Shown here: in pieces, positions 37,216 to 45,646 of the stretch | Numbering within the stretch: position 1 is the first letter of the stretch | How the letters are laid out: each line of letters begins with the position of its first letter | Assembly: GCA_964452635.1 (NCBI GenBank) | Contig: CAYVMP010000002.1 | Span: 1 to 58,905 of the forward strand | Length of the DNA stretch: 58,905 nucleotides | Reading direction: 5' to 3' | DNA from: an uncultured Candidatus Saccharibacteria bacterium | GTDB taxonomy: Bacteria; Patescibacteriota; Minisyncoccia; Phycocordibacterales; DATDWN01 | Program-made: the position numbers and the translations under genes | Notes under the pieces: model-generated | Databases searched by the model: none | The model's input: the letters and a program-made list of their open reading frames with translations, nothing else | What the model was told of the DNA's origin: nothing

Positions 37216-37349
37216 AGAGTTCATCGCATGTTTTTGGCATGCTTGGTGCTCGTTTTCGGGTACCGTGATAGTTATCAGGGGTTGGTTGAATTCTCGAAGA
37301 TCATCTCCTTATAATTAGTAATTTTAATAATAATTTAACAATAAATATT

Positions 37350-38546
37350 ATGGCAGATTTTGATCGATCAAAACCACACGTAAACGTGGGAACAATTGGA
37401 CACGTTGACCACGGTAAGACTACTCTTACTGCGGCAATTTTGAGTGTGCTTGGACGTGCAGGTGCAGGATATTCATCTAAAATCAAGGGTGTTGACCAAA
37501 TTGACTCAGCTCCTGAGGAAAAAGCACGAGGTATTACTATTGCGCTCTCTCACAACGAATACGAGACACCAACTCGTCACTACGCACACATTGACGCACC
37601 GGGTCACGCTGACTACATCAAAAACATGATTACTGGTGCAGCACAGATGGACGGTGCAGTACTCGTGGTTGCAGCTACAGACGGTGCGATGCCACAGACA
37701 CGTGAGCACGTACTTCTCGCAAAGCAGGTTGGAGTTCCAAAGATTATCGTATTTCTAAACAAATGCGACATGGTTCCTGATAAGGATCTTATTGACCTCG
37801 TTGAGGAAGAAGTTCGAGAGCTCCTCACAAAGAATGGTTTCGATGGTGCTGGTGCTCCAGTTATCCGCGGATCAGGTCTTAAGGCTCTTGAGGCAACATC
37901 AAATGATGATGAGTGGGCACAGAAGGTTCTTGAGCTTGCAAATGCGCTTGATACATACATTCCAGTTCCACAGCGAGATACAGCAAAGCCATTCCTTATG
38001 CCAGTTGAAGACATCTTCTCTATTGAAGGAAGAGGAACAGTGGTTACAGGACGTATTGAACGAGGTATTGTAAAGGTGGGTGAAGAAATCGAATGTGTCG
38101 GTCTTCACGATACACAGAAATACACTGTGACTGGTATCGAAATGTTCAATAAATCATTGAACGAAGGTATCGCAGGAGACAACGCAGGTATTCTCCTCCG
38201 AGGTGCAAAGAAAGAAGATATTCACCGAGGTCAGGTACTCGCAGCAAAGGGTTCAGTTACTCCACACACAGAATTTGAAGCAGAGGTATACGTACTCTCA
38301 AAGGATGAGGGAGGACGACACACACCATTCTTCTCAGGGTATAAACCACAGTTCTACATCCGAACTACAGACGTTACAGGTGATGTGACTCTTAACGAAG
38401 GTGTTGAGATGGTAATGCCAGGAGATACAGTTACATTCAAAGTTAAGCTCGTTGCTCCAGTTGCGCTCGAGGATAACACTCGATTTGCGATTCGAGAGGG
38501 GGGAAAGACCGTCGGCGCAGGAGTCGTAACCAAAGTCATCGCATAA
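37350..38546 (+). CDS. tuf: Elongation factor Tu
   Basis: [18 protein letters not shown] motifs. 398 aa. Confidence 0.98.
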   Translation: MADFDRSKPHVNVGTIGHVDHGKTTLTAAILSVLGRAGAGYSSKIKGVDQIDSAPEEKARGITIALSHNEYETPTRHYAHIDAPGHADYIKNMITGAAQMDGAVLVVAATDGAMPQTREHVLLAKQVGVPKIIVFLNKCDMVPDKDLIDLVEEEVRELLTKNGFDGAGAPVIRGSGLKALEATSNDDEWAQKVLELANALDTYIPVPQRDTAKPFLMPVEDIFSIEGRGTVVTGRIERGIVKVGEEIECVGLHDTQKYTVTGIEMFNKSLNEGIAGDNAGILLRGAKKEDIHRGQVLAAKGSVTPHTEFEAEVYVLSKDEGGRHTPFFSGYKPQFYIRTTDVTGDVTLNEGVEMVMPGDTVTFKVKLVAPVALEDNTRFAIREGGKTVGAGVVTKVIA

Positions 38547-38555
38547 AAATTCCAT

Positions 38556-38658
38556 ATTTTGCCAATCTCATCGTCTATAATCTTTAAATAATTCTCACCT
38601 ACGCACTCAAGGCAGGCTCGAATTATTTAAAAATTCTATACGCGACCTTGGCTAAAAT
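38556..38658 (+). repeat. Second-family foldback element, copy G (conserved apex TCACCTACGCACTCAAGGCAGGCTC)
   Basis: Imperfect long hairpin containing the perfect 12-bp helix TTTAAATAATTC/GAATTATTTAAA. The apex 38595-38619 matches 45305-45328. Confidence 0.7.
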
Positions 38659-38685
38659 CTGAAATTTTTCAAAAACTAAAACATA

Positions 38686-39066
38686 ATGACAACAAAAGAA
38701 GCTACAAAAAAATCAGCCCCCAAGAAAGCATCCGCAAAGACTGCAGTGAAAGGCGATGTGATTTCAAAGCTCCGAATTCGCGTTCAGGCGTATGAGTACA
38801 AAATCCTTGATTTGTCTGTAAAGCAGATCATCGATACTGCACTCCGATATGATGCAAAGGTAGAGGGACCAATTCCACTTCCAACATCTATCAAGAAATA
38901 CACTGTAAACCGAGCAGCGTTTGTGTACAAAAACGCTCGAGAGCAGTTTGAAATGCGCATCCATAAACGACTTATTGATATTTTGAATCCTACTCCTAAA
39001 ATCATGGAAGCACTGACAAATCTGTCGCTTCCAAGTGGAGTGAATATTGACGTCAAGATAATCTAA
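38686..39066 (+). CDS. rpsJ: 30S ribosomal protein S10 with a Lys/Ala-rich N-terminal extension
   Basis: KLRIRVQAYEYKILD... S10 core preceded by about 25 extra residues. Confidence 0.93.
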   Translation: MTTKEATKKSAPKKASAKTAVKGDVISKLRIRVQAYEYKILDLSVKQIIDTALRYDAKVEGPIPLPTSIKKYTVNRAAFVYKNAREQFEMRIHKRLIDILNPTPKIMEALTNLSLPSGVNIDVKII

Positions 39067-39067
39067 T

Positions 39068-39101
39068 TAAATCAAAAACCACCTTCGGGTGGTTTTTGAT
39101 T
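39068..39101 (+). terminator. Intrinsic terminator between rpsJ and rplC
   Basis: AAATCAAAAACCACC-TTCG-GGTGGTTTTTGATTT. Confidence 0.75.
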
Positions 39102-39152
39102 TTCACGATATTCACGATATTTTCTAGTTCACGTTGTTTGTGTCTGTGGGGC

Positions 39153-39181
39153 TTGAATTAAAAAACGATATCTGCTAGTAT
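39153..39181 (+). promoter_or_regulatory. Putative rplC promoter (extended -10)
   Basis: TTGAAT, 17-nt spacer, TGcTAGTAT. Confidence 0.5.
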
Positions 39182-39208
39182 GTGCAAATCGCCAATACGG
39201 CTTTTTTT

Positions 39209-39820
39209 ATGAAATTCATTCTCGGTACAAAAGTAAATATGACTCAGATCTTCGATGAGAAGGGGGCAGTTCACCCTGTGACTGTTCTTAAGGTTGGTCC
39301 AATGACTGTGACTCAGGTAAAAACGACTGCAACAGATGGCTACAATGCTGTGCAGTTTGGATACGGCACTCGTCGAGCAAAGAATATCAACAAACCACTC
39401 ACTGGTCACATGAAGGGTGGTGCATTCATGCACCTTCGTGAACAGCGTCTTGAAACTGAACCAACACTCGCTCTCGGGGATACTGTAGATGCTTCTGTAT
39501 TTACTGCTGGAGAGACAGTTACTGTGTCTGGAACATCAAAAGGTAAAGGATTCCAAGGTGTCGTAAAGCGACATGGATTCAAAGGAGGTCCTCGATCACA
39601 CGGACAGAAACACTCAGAACGTGAACCGGGATCTCTTGGAGGAGGAGGACGAGATGGAGGTCGTGTTGCAAAAAACAAACGAATGGCAGGACGTACTGGT
39701 GGAGATCGCATCACTACAGGAGGATTAACTGTGGTTGCTGTTAAACCAGAGACAGGTGAAATGTTCATTCGAGGTGCTATCGCAGGACGCCGAGGTTCTC
39801 TTGTTGAAATTACTGCATAA
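39209..39820 (+). CDS. rplC: 50S ribosomal protein L3
   Basis: MKFILGTKVNMTQIFDEKG start. The longer ORF start lies inside the promoter. Confidence 0.95.
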   Translation: MKFILGTKVNMTQIFDEKGAVHPVTVLKVGPMTVTQVKTTATDGYNAVQFGYGTRRAKNINKPLTGHMKGGAFMHLREQRLETEPTLALGDTVDASVFTAGETVTVSGTSKGKGFQGVVKRHGFKGGPRSHGQKHSEREPGSLGGGGRDGGRVAKNKRMAGRTGGDRITTGGLTVVAVKPETGEMFIRGAIAGRRGSLVEITA

Positions 39821-39836
39821 CCCGTCTGTAACTACT

Positions 39837-40520
39837 ATGGAAACAACACTCTACACACAAAAAGGTACTGAATCAAAGAAAATCACTCTTCCTGAAAGTG
39901 TCTTTGGTTTGCCGTGGAATGCCGATCTTGTACATCAGGTCGTGACATCAATGGAATCAACTGCACGTACTCCTGTGGCTCATACTAAAAACCGTGGAGA
40001 AGTATCTGGAGGTGGAAAGAAACCATGGAAGCAAAAGGGAACAGGTCGCGCTCGACACGGATCAACTCGATCACCGATTTGGGTTGGTGGAGGTGTGACG
40101 CACGGTCCTCGCAATGAAAAGATTTTCCTTCGAAAAGTGAACAAGAAAATGAAGGCAAAGGCACTCTACACGATTCTTTCTGCTAAATTCAAAAAAGGTC
40201 AGATTCTTTTCGTAGATGATTTTAAAATCACTGATGCAAAGACAAAGGAGGCAAAGGGTATTTTGAGCTCACTCTCAAAAGTATCTGGATTCTCTGATCT
40301 TCTCCTCAAGCGCAAAAACTCAGCATATATTGCAACATCTATTAAAAGTCCTGTGGTAGAGCGAAGTTTTGGTAACTTTGGAAACCTTGTGGTAGATGAA
40401 ATTCGAAACATGAGTCCTCTTGATTTGATGAAATACAAGTATGTTGTTATCGCAAATCCTGAGGCAGGACTCGGACAGATTTCAGAAAAACTTGCACCAA
40501 AGAAAGCATCGGTGAAATAA
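39837..40520 (+). CDS. rplD: 50S ribosomal protein L4
   Basis: Start at the ATG at 39837 (METTLYTQKG). GGGKKPWKQKGTGRAR motif. Confidence 0.95.
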   Translation: METTLYTQKGTESKKITLPESVFGLPWNADLVHQVVTSMESTARTPVAHTKNRGEVSGGGKKPWKQKGTGRARHGSTRSPIWVGGGVTHGPRNEKIFLRKVNKKMKAKALYTILSAKFKKGQILFVDDFKITDAKTKEAKGILSSLSKVSGFSDLLLKRKNSAYIATSIKSPVVERSFGNFGNLVVDEIRNMSPLDLMKYKYVVIANPEAGLGQISEKLAPKKASVK

Positions 40521-40538
40521 ATATTTTAATACACACAC

Positions 40539-40814
40539 ATGAACACTTCAGCTACACTCATCCGCCCACATATTACAGAAAAAGCGACTCGGTCTGCTGA
40601 GTCAGATGTGTATGTGTTTCAAGTGCTCGGGACATCAACAAAGAAAACTATTACTCGAGCTATTGTTGAGCAATACAAAGTAACTCCAGTAAAAGTATCT
40701 GTCGTTACGATTCCAGCAAAGGAAACATTTGTTCGTGGTAAACGAGGTATGAAAGCTGGGTATAAAAAAGCCTATATTTACTTAAAGAAAGGAGACAAAA
40801 TAGAGATTATATAA
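40539..40814 (+). CDS. rplW: 50S ribosomal protein L23
   Basis: 91 aa, conserved position, IRPHITEKA start. Confidence 0.93.
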   Translation: MNTSATLIRPHITEKATRSAESDVYVFQVLGTSTKKTITRAIVEQYKVTPVKVSVVTIPAKETFVRGKRGMKAGYKKAYIYLKKGDKIEII

Positions 40815-40824
40815 TATATACACC

Positions 40825-41667
40825 ATGAAGAGATTTAAACCTACATCACCATCACGCCGAAACATGACATCCATTGAGTATGGAAAGATGTTGACTGCTG
40901 GAGAGCCTGTAAAGTCTCTCACACATGGATTCAAACGATCTGTTGGACGCAACCACCATGGAGAGATTACAACTCGTCACAAGGGAGGTGGACACAAACG
41001 ACTCTTCCGAGAGATTGATTTTACATATGATAAAGTAGATGTTCCATATACTATCAAAACAGTAGAGTACGATCCAAACCGATCTGGATTCATAGGTCTT
41101 GCTCAGTATGCTGACGGTGCAAAGCGATACATTCTCCTTCCAAAGGGTGCACGTATTGGGGATGTATTTCTCACAAGTGAAACTGCAGAGGTCAAGTCAG
41201 GCAATCGTCTTCCACTTAAAAACATTACCGTCGGTACATTTGTATACAATGTTGAGGTTAAACCACGTGGAGGCGCAAAGCTCGGACGTTCAGGAGGTAA
41301 CTTCATTGAGGTTATCGCAAAGGACGGTGGAATGGTTGATTTGAAAATGCCGTCAACTGAAGTTCGTAAGGTCAAGGATACTGCATGGGCTACAGTCGGT
41401 GAGGTTTCAAACGATGAAAACCGACTTGTAAATCTCGGTAAGGCAGGACGCTCACGATGGCTCGGTATTCGTCCAACTGTTCGTGGTACTGCGATGAACC
41501 CAGTTGACCACCCACACGGAGGAGGTGAGGGAAGGCAAGGTAGAGGACGTCGCAAGGCGATATCTGCATGGGGACGACCAACAGGCAAGGGTCAGAAATC
41601 TCGAACTCCAAAGAAATACTCAAATAAATTCATTGTCTCTCGTCGAAAAGTTGGTAAGAGAAAATAA
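40825..41667 (+). CDS. rplB: 50S ribosomal protein L2
   Basis: 280 aa. RGTAMNPVDHPHGGGEG motif. Confidence 0.97.
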   Translation: MKRFKPTSPSRRNMTSIEYGKMLTAGEPVKSLTHGFKRSVGRNHHGEITTRHKGGGHKRLFREIDFTYDKVDVPYTIKTVEYDPNRSGFIGLAQYADGAKRYILLPKGARIGDVFLTSETAEVKSGNRLPLKNITVGTFVYNVEVKPRGGAKLGRSGGNFIEVIAKDGGMVDLKMPSTEVRKVKDTAWATVGEVSNDENRLVNLGKAGRSRWLGIRPTVRGTAMNPVDHPHGGGEGRQGRGRRKAISAWGRPTGKGQKSRTPKKYSNKFIVSRRKVGKRK

Positions 41668-41681
41668 GAAAGAAAGTAAAC

Positions 41682-41710
41682 AAAATACCGCTCAACAGAG
41701 CGGTATTTTT
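41682..41710 (+). terminator. Intrinsic terminator after rplB
   Basis: AAAATACCGCTC-AACA-GAGCGGTATTTTT. Confidence 0.75.
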
Positions 41711-41736
41711 GTACATGCAATTCATATGGGAAGCTA

Positions 41737-41765
41737 TTGACTTTTACATTGAAAAGTAGTATAAT
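41737..41765 (+). promoter_or_regulatory. Near-consensus promoter inside the S10 operon
   Basis: TTGACT (41737-41742), 17-nt spacer, TATAAT (41760-41765). Confidence 0.6.
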
Positions 41766-41771
41766 ATATGA

Positions 41772-42005
41772 AGAATTATGGAACAGTTATTTTTTTCTTG
41801 GGCAGATGCACTCGTGCGTCTGCCGTACGACTTGTTCGGGGTCACGATGACTCCGGAGCAGGTCGTAATGGGGATGTGTGTTGTCGTTGGGGGGAGCTTC
41901 TTGCGAAGTTCGTTCCAGCGACTGTAGTTTTTCGTGGTCAGTAGGAGATATGAGCCCTACTGACCACCCAACAAGGCGTCGTGAGGATTTCCTCTGACGC
42001 TTTTT
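41772..42005 (+). ncRNA. Candidate highly structured sRNA, or structured mRNA of a 49-aa hydrophobic peptide
   Basis: GC-rich segment with consecutive hairpins at 41801-41824, 41826-41867 (18 bp), 41883-41922 and 41934-41967 (12 bp perfect), plus terminator 41976-42005. Several T-G pairs fit only plus-strand RNA. ORF 41778-41927 reads MEQLFFSWADALVRLPYDLFGVTMTPEQVVMGMCVVVGGSFLRSSFQRL. Confidence 0.4.
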
Positions 42006-42053
42006 CGTTTACAAAAAGTGTATCTGTGATATTGTGAAATCGGAGGTGTGGCT

Positions 42054-42299
42054 ATGTTGGAGAGAAAAGAGTTGGAGAGAAAAGAAAAAATGAGGATAGC
42101 TGTGGTAGTAGCTTTTTGGCATGCACTCATTGTTGCATTATTACTGACTTTAACAGTTTTTATGAGTGTGCTTATGATAGGAAGCACATTCAAAGATTTC
42201 TACTTACTCTTTGTTTGTATTTTTTTAGTGGTGTTCATATCGTTGTTTTTCTACCACACAAAAAACTTCGATGAGACGTATACCCGTGATGAAGATTAG
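42054..42299 (+). CDS. Small two-TM membrane protein (81 aa), hypothetical
   Basis: GGAGG at 42042-42046, 7 nt before the ATG. Possible own promoter TTTACA, 16-nt spacer, TGaTATTGT at 42008-42035. Two hydrophobic helices. Confidence 0.6.
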   Translation: MLERKELERKEKMRIAVVVAFWHALIVALLLTLTVFMSVLMIGSTFKDFYLLFVCIFLVVFISLFFYHTKNFDETYTRDED

Positions 42300-42310
42300 G
42301 GTTGGGTCGG

Positions 42311-42349
42311 TCGCTCAAGGGGAAATACTCCCTTGGGCGATTTGTTTTT
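42311..42349 (+). terminator. Intrinsic terminator
   Basis: TCGCTCAAGGGG-AAATAC-TCCCTTGGGCGA followed by TTTGTTTTT. Confidence 0.7.
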
Positions 42350-42433
42350 GTATAAAGGGGTGGTAGTAAAGGTTAACTCTGACTCAGAAAGTACCCATTT
42401 TCATCGATTCTGCTTCTATTAGAAAATACAGTA

Positions 42434-42462
42434 TTGACATTCGACACTGATTTGTATAGTAT
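42434..42462 (+). promoter_or_regulatory. Putative rpsS promoter
   Basis: TTGACA, 17-nt spacer, TAGTAT. Confidence 0.5.
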
Positions 42463-42555
42463 GTGCCTATCGTAAATTGTGCTTGAGTCGGATGTAAAAC
42501 CGCTCTACACAGAGTGGTTTTGCTTTGTTACAGAAAACATTTTCAAAATAATTAC

Positions 42556-42897
42556 ATGACACGGTCATCTAAAAAAGGTCCATACGTTGATCCACGAGTT
42601 CTCAAGAAAATTGAGGGCAAGAAACCTATCGAAACTGGGGTTATTAAAACATGGTCACGTGCATGTGTTATTTCTCCAGAAATGGTTGGATTTAACTTTG
42701 GTGTACACAATGGCAAAACTCACATTGAAGTACTCGTGACAGAGGACATGGTTGGTCACAGACTCGGTGAGTTCTCTCCTACAAAGAAATTCTTGAAACA
42801 CGGAGGTAAAATGCAAAAGGATTTGGAGCAGAAGAAAAAGGAGGGTGAGATTGCAGCAGCACAGGCAGCAAAGGCACCTGCTGGAGCGAAAAAATAA
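42556..42897 (+). CDS. rpsS: 30S ribosomal protein S19 (C-terminal Lys/Ala-rich extension)
   Basis: Start at the ATG at 42556 ([12 protein letters not shown]). [10 protein letters not shown] motif. Confidence 0.95.
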   Translation: MTRSSKKGPYVDPRVLKKIEGKKPIETGVIKTWSRACVISPEMVGFNFGVHNGKTHIEVLVTEDMVGHRLGEFSPTKKFLKHGGKMQKDLEQKKKEGEIAAAQAAKAPAGAKK

Positions 42898-42909
42898 TAA
42901 TACACTATC

Positions 42910-43323
42910 ATGGCAACAGCACACGCAACATTATCAAATTTCCGACAGTCTCCTCGCAAAATGCGATTGGTGGCAAATTTGGTGCGTGGCAAAGCCGTTG
43001 CACAGGCGCTTGTAAACCTCCAGTTTACTGATAAACGAGCAGCAAAGCCGATTTCAACACTTATTGCATCTGCACTTGCAAACGCAAAGGCACTTGATAT
43101 TCCTACAGATAAACTCGTTGTTCAGAAAATCACAGTTAATGCTGGCAAGACAATGTATCGTCGCCGACCAGCAGCACAGGGAAGTGCACACCCGATTCGA
43201 AAGCGAACGAGTGCGATCTTTGTGGAACTTGGTGAAAGTACACAGGTGAATAAAGTAAAGATTGCAAAGGAAGAAAAGGTGGTGAGTGAACCAAAAAAAG
43301 TATCTAAAAAGAATAAAAAATAA
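42910..43323 (+). CDS. rplV: 50S ribosomal protein L22
   Basis: Conserved order. SPRKMRLVANLVRG motif. Confidence 0.95.
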   Translation: MATAHATLSNFRQSPRKMRLVANLVRGKAVAQALVNLQFTDKRAAKPISTLIASALANAKALDIPTDKLVVQKITVNAGKTMYRRRPAAQGSAHPIRKRTSAIFVELGESTQVNKVKIAKEEKVVSEPKKVSKKNKK

Positions 43324-43324
43324 G

Positions 43325-43978
43325 ATGACACATACCGTACACCCATATTCACATAGACTTGGCATCATCAGAGATTGGAAATCTCGTTGGTTTGGTGTAA
43401 AAAACAAATACAAGGATTTCCTCAAGAGTGATGTGCTCATTCGTGAGCACTTGGAGAAAAAGCTTCGTGGCAACTATGTTGCAAATATTGAAATGGAGAG
43501 AGGTGAAAAAGTACTCCGTGTTATCATCGAGACATCACGACCGGGTATGATCATCGGTCGTTCTGGAGATGGTGCTACTAAACTTCGCAACGATGTTCTT
43601 GCGTTTATCTCTAAACACAAACTCGCACTTGGAGGGGAGCTCAAAATCGACATCAAGGAGGTTCGATCACCAGAATCAAATTCAACCATTGTTGCGCAGA
43701 TGATTGCAGAAGGTTTGGAAAAACGAATGCCATTTAGACGAGTGGTGAAGCAGATGCTCGAAAAGGTTATGGCAAACAGAGATGTCCTTGGTGTGAAGAT
43801 TGTCCTCTCTGGAATTCTTGGAGGTAACTCAATGGCACGTACAGAAATGTACAAAAAAGGCCGAATCCCACTTCAGACATTCCGAGCTGATATCGACTAT
43901 GCACACTATGCTGCACGTTTGCCACTCGGAAGTGTTGGTGTGAAGGTGTGGATATATAAGGGAGAAATATTTAATTAA
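43325..43978 (+). CDS. rpsC: 30S ribosomal protein S3
   Basis: Start at the ATG at 43325 (MTHTVHPYSHRLGI). KH domain. Confidence 0.95.
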   Translation: MTHTVHPYSHRLGIIRDWKSRWFGVKNKYKDFLKSDVLIREHLEKKLRGNYVANIEMERGEKVLRVIIETSRPGMIIGRSGDGATKLRNDVLAFISKHKLALGGELKIDIKEVRSPESNSTIVAQMIAEGLEKRMPFRRVVKQMLEKVMANRDVLGVKIVLSGILGGNSMARTEMYKKGRIPLQTFRADIDYAHYAARLPLGSVGVKVWIYKGEIFN

Positions 43979-43984
43979 AATACC

Positions 43985-44401
43985 ATGTTAGTCCCAAAAA
44001 AAGTTAAATATCGAAAATGGCATACTATGCGAAAGAATCCACTCAAAGTGGGGCCTGCAACACGCGGTATTACCGTTGCTTTCGGTTCATACGGTATTAA
44101 GGCTATGGAGCCAAAACGTATCAAATCAAACCAAATCGAAGCTGCTCGAAAAGTGCTTTCTCGTACAATCGGTAAAACAGGAAAATTGTGGATTCGCATT
44201 TTCCCTGACATGCCATATACATCAAAGCCTGCTGAAGTGAAGCTTGGTAAGGGTAAGGGTGATTTGGCAGGATATGTTGCACCAGTACGTATCGGTAGTG
44301 TATTGTTCGAAGTTGATGGGGTAACTGAGGCTGTCGCACGAGAAGCACTCCGAAAGGCGGGAACCAAGTTGCCTTTGAAAACTAAGATCATCGCACGCTA
44401 A
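43985..44401 (+). CDS. rplP: 50S ribosomal protein L16
   Basis: MLVPKKVKYRK start, 138 aa. Confidence 0.97.
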   Translation: MLVPKKVKYRKWHTMRKNPLKVGPATRGITVAFGSYGIKAMEPKRIKSNQIEAARKVLSRTIGKTGKLWIRIFPDMPYTSKPAEVKLGKGKGDLAGYVAPVRIGSVLFEVDGVTEAVAREALRKAGTKLPLKTKIIAR

Positions 44402-44412
44402 ATTTAAACGAC

Positions 44413-44598
44413 ATGAAAAAGAAAGACATACAAAAGAAAAGTGCAAAGGAACTCGCTACACTCATCACTGAAAAGCAGGTAGCTTTGCGTGCATTCAGAT
44501 TTGGAATCGCAGGTAGTAATGTTCGAAACGTGCGCGAGGGACGAATGATTAAGAAGGACATTGCTCGAGCAAAAACACTTTTACATACACAAAAATAA
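44413..44598 (+). CDS. rpmC: 50S ribosomal protein L29
   Basis: 61 aa, conserved position. Confidence 0.9.
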   Translation: MKKKDIQKKSAKELATLITEKQVALRAFRFGIAGSNVRNVREGRMIKKDIARAKTLLHTQK

Positions 44599-44616
44599 TT
44601 TTTCTCACATACACAG

Positions 44617-44874
44617 ATGAAAAAAGAAACAGTACAAAAGAATACAGCAAAGCGACAATTCACCGGTCTCGTCACTTCAGATAAAATGAAGGACACTGTC
44701 GTGGTGCAGATAGAACGCTTTGTAAAACACCCAAAGTATGGTAAATATGTATCCATCCACAAAAAGTTTAAGGCACACGATGCTGGTAACACAAAGAAGA
44801 TGGGGGATATCGTAACCATAGAAGAGTGCGCACCTATCTCAAAGGATAAACGCTTTCGACTTGTGACGGCATAA
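44617..44874 (+). CDS. rpsQ: 30S ribosomal protein S17
   Basis: 85 aa. GLVTSDKMKDTVVV motif. Confidence 0.93.
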   Translation: MKKETVQKNTAKRQFTGLVTSDKMKDTVVVQIERFVKHPKYGKYVSIHKKFKAHDAGNTKKMGDIVTIEECAPISKDKRFRLVTA

Positions 44875-44884
44875 CATAACTACC

Positions 44885-45256
44885 ATGATACAACCACGAT
44901 CAATTGTAAAAATAACTGACAACACTGGTGCTAAAATCGGACGTATATTCAAAGTGCTTGGAAGTTCAAAGAAACGATACGCAAGTATCGGTGAGATGGT
45001 TGTGCTTTCAGTTCAGAAAGCAGAACCACGAAAGGGTGCAAAAAAGAAAGACGTGTTGTATGCAGTGGTTGTTCGTCAAAAAGCTCCATTCCGACGCAAG
45101 GATGGTTCATACATACGATTTGATGAGAATGCAGTGGTAATCGTACAGAAAGAAAAGAAAGAACCAGTTGCAGGACGTGTGTTCGGACCGATTCCACGAG
45201 AGATTGGTGAGGTGGGGTATCAGAAAATAATCAGTTTGGCCCCTGAGGTTGTATAG
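44885..45256 (+). CDS. rplN: 50S ribosomal protein L14
   Basis: MIQPRS...DNTGAK start, 123 aa. Confidence 0.97.
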   Translation: MIQPRSIVKITDNTGAKIGRIFKVLGSSKKRYASIGEMVVLSVQKAEPRKGAKKKDVLYAVVVRQKAPFRRKDGSYIRFDENAVVIVQKEKKEPVAGRVFGPIPREIGEVGYQKIISLAPEVV

Positions 45257-45379
45257 AACCTTCACATTGAGCGCATTTCGTTGTTGGAATGTTAAAAATA
45301 ATGTTCACCTGCGCACTCAGGCAGGCTCACATTCTTTTCAACATTCCGCCTAGAACTGCATCTCAATGAGAAGGTTCTG
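45254..45379 (+). repeat. Second-family foldback element, copy H (apex TCACCTGCGCACTCAGGCAGGCTC)
   Basis: Arms TAGAACCTTCACATTGAG / CTCAATGAGAAGGTTCTG and TTGGAATGTT / AACATTCC. Begins at the rplN stop codon. Confidence 0.7.
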
Positions 45380-45420
45380 TATTGCCAAAATCGGAAATTA
45401 GTGTATATTCAATTCTAATC

Positions 45421-45636
45421 ATGAAAATAAAAAAAGGCGACAAAGTAAAAATTCTAGCAGGCAAAGACCGAGGTAAAACTGGGACTGTTGCTAAGGCGAT
45501 GCCAAAGGAGGACAAGATTATTGTCACTGGTATCAATATGACAAAGATCCACAGACGAGCTCGAAAGAGTGGTGAAAAGGGTCAAATCATCGAGCAGGCA
45601 ATGCCTCTTCATGTCTCGAATGCAGTAAAGATATAA
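45421..45636 (+). CDS. rplX: 50S ribosomal protein L24
   Basis: Start at the ATG at 45421 (MKIKKGDKVKILAGKDRGKTG). KOW motif. Confidence 0.95.
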   Translation: MKIKKGDKVKILAGKDRGKTGTVAKAMPKEDKIIVTGINMTKIHRRARKSGEKGQIIEQAMPLHVSNAVKI

Positions 45637-45646
45637 TACGAAATAT

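Noticed and set aside
43975-44819. 138-aa and 143-aa minus-strand ORFs across rplP, rpmC and rpsQ, and similar antisense ORFs in tuf, fusA, rplB, rpsE and rplO
   Set aside because: These are shadow ORFs of highly conserved ribosomal and elongation-factor genes.
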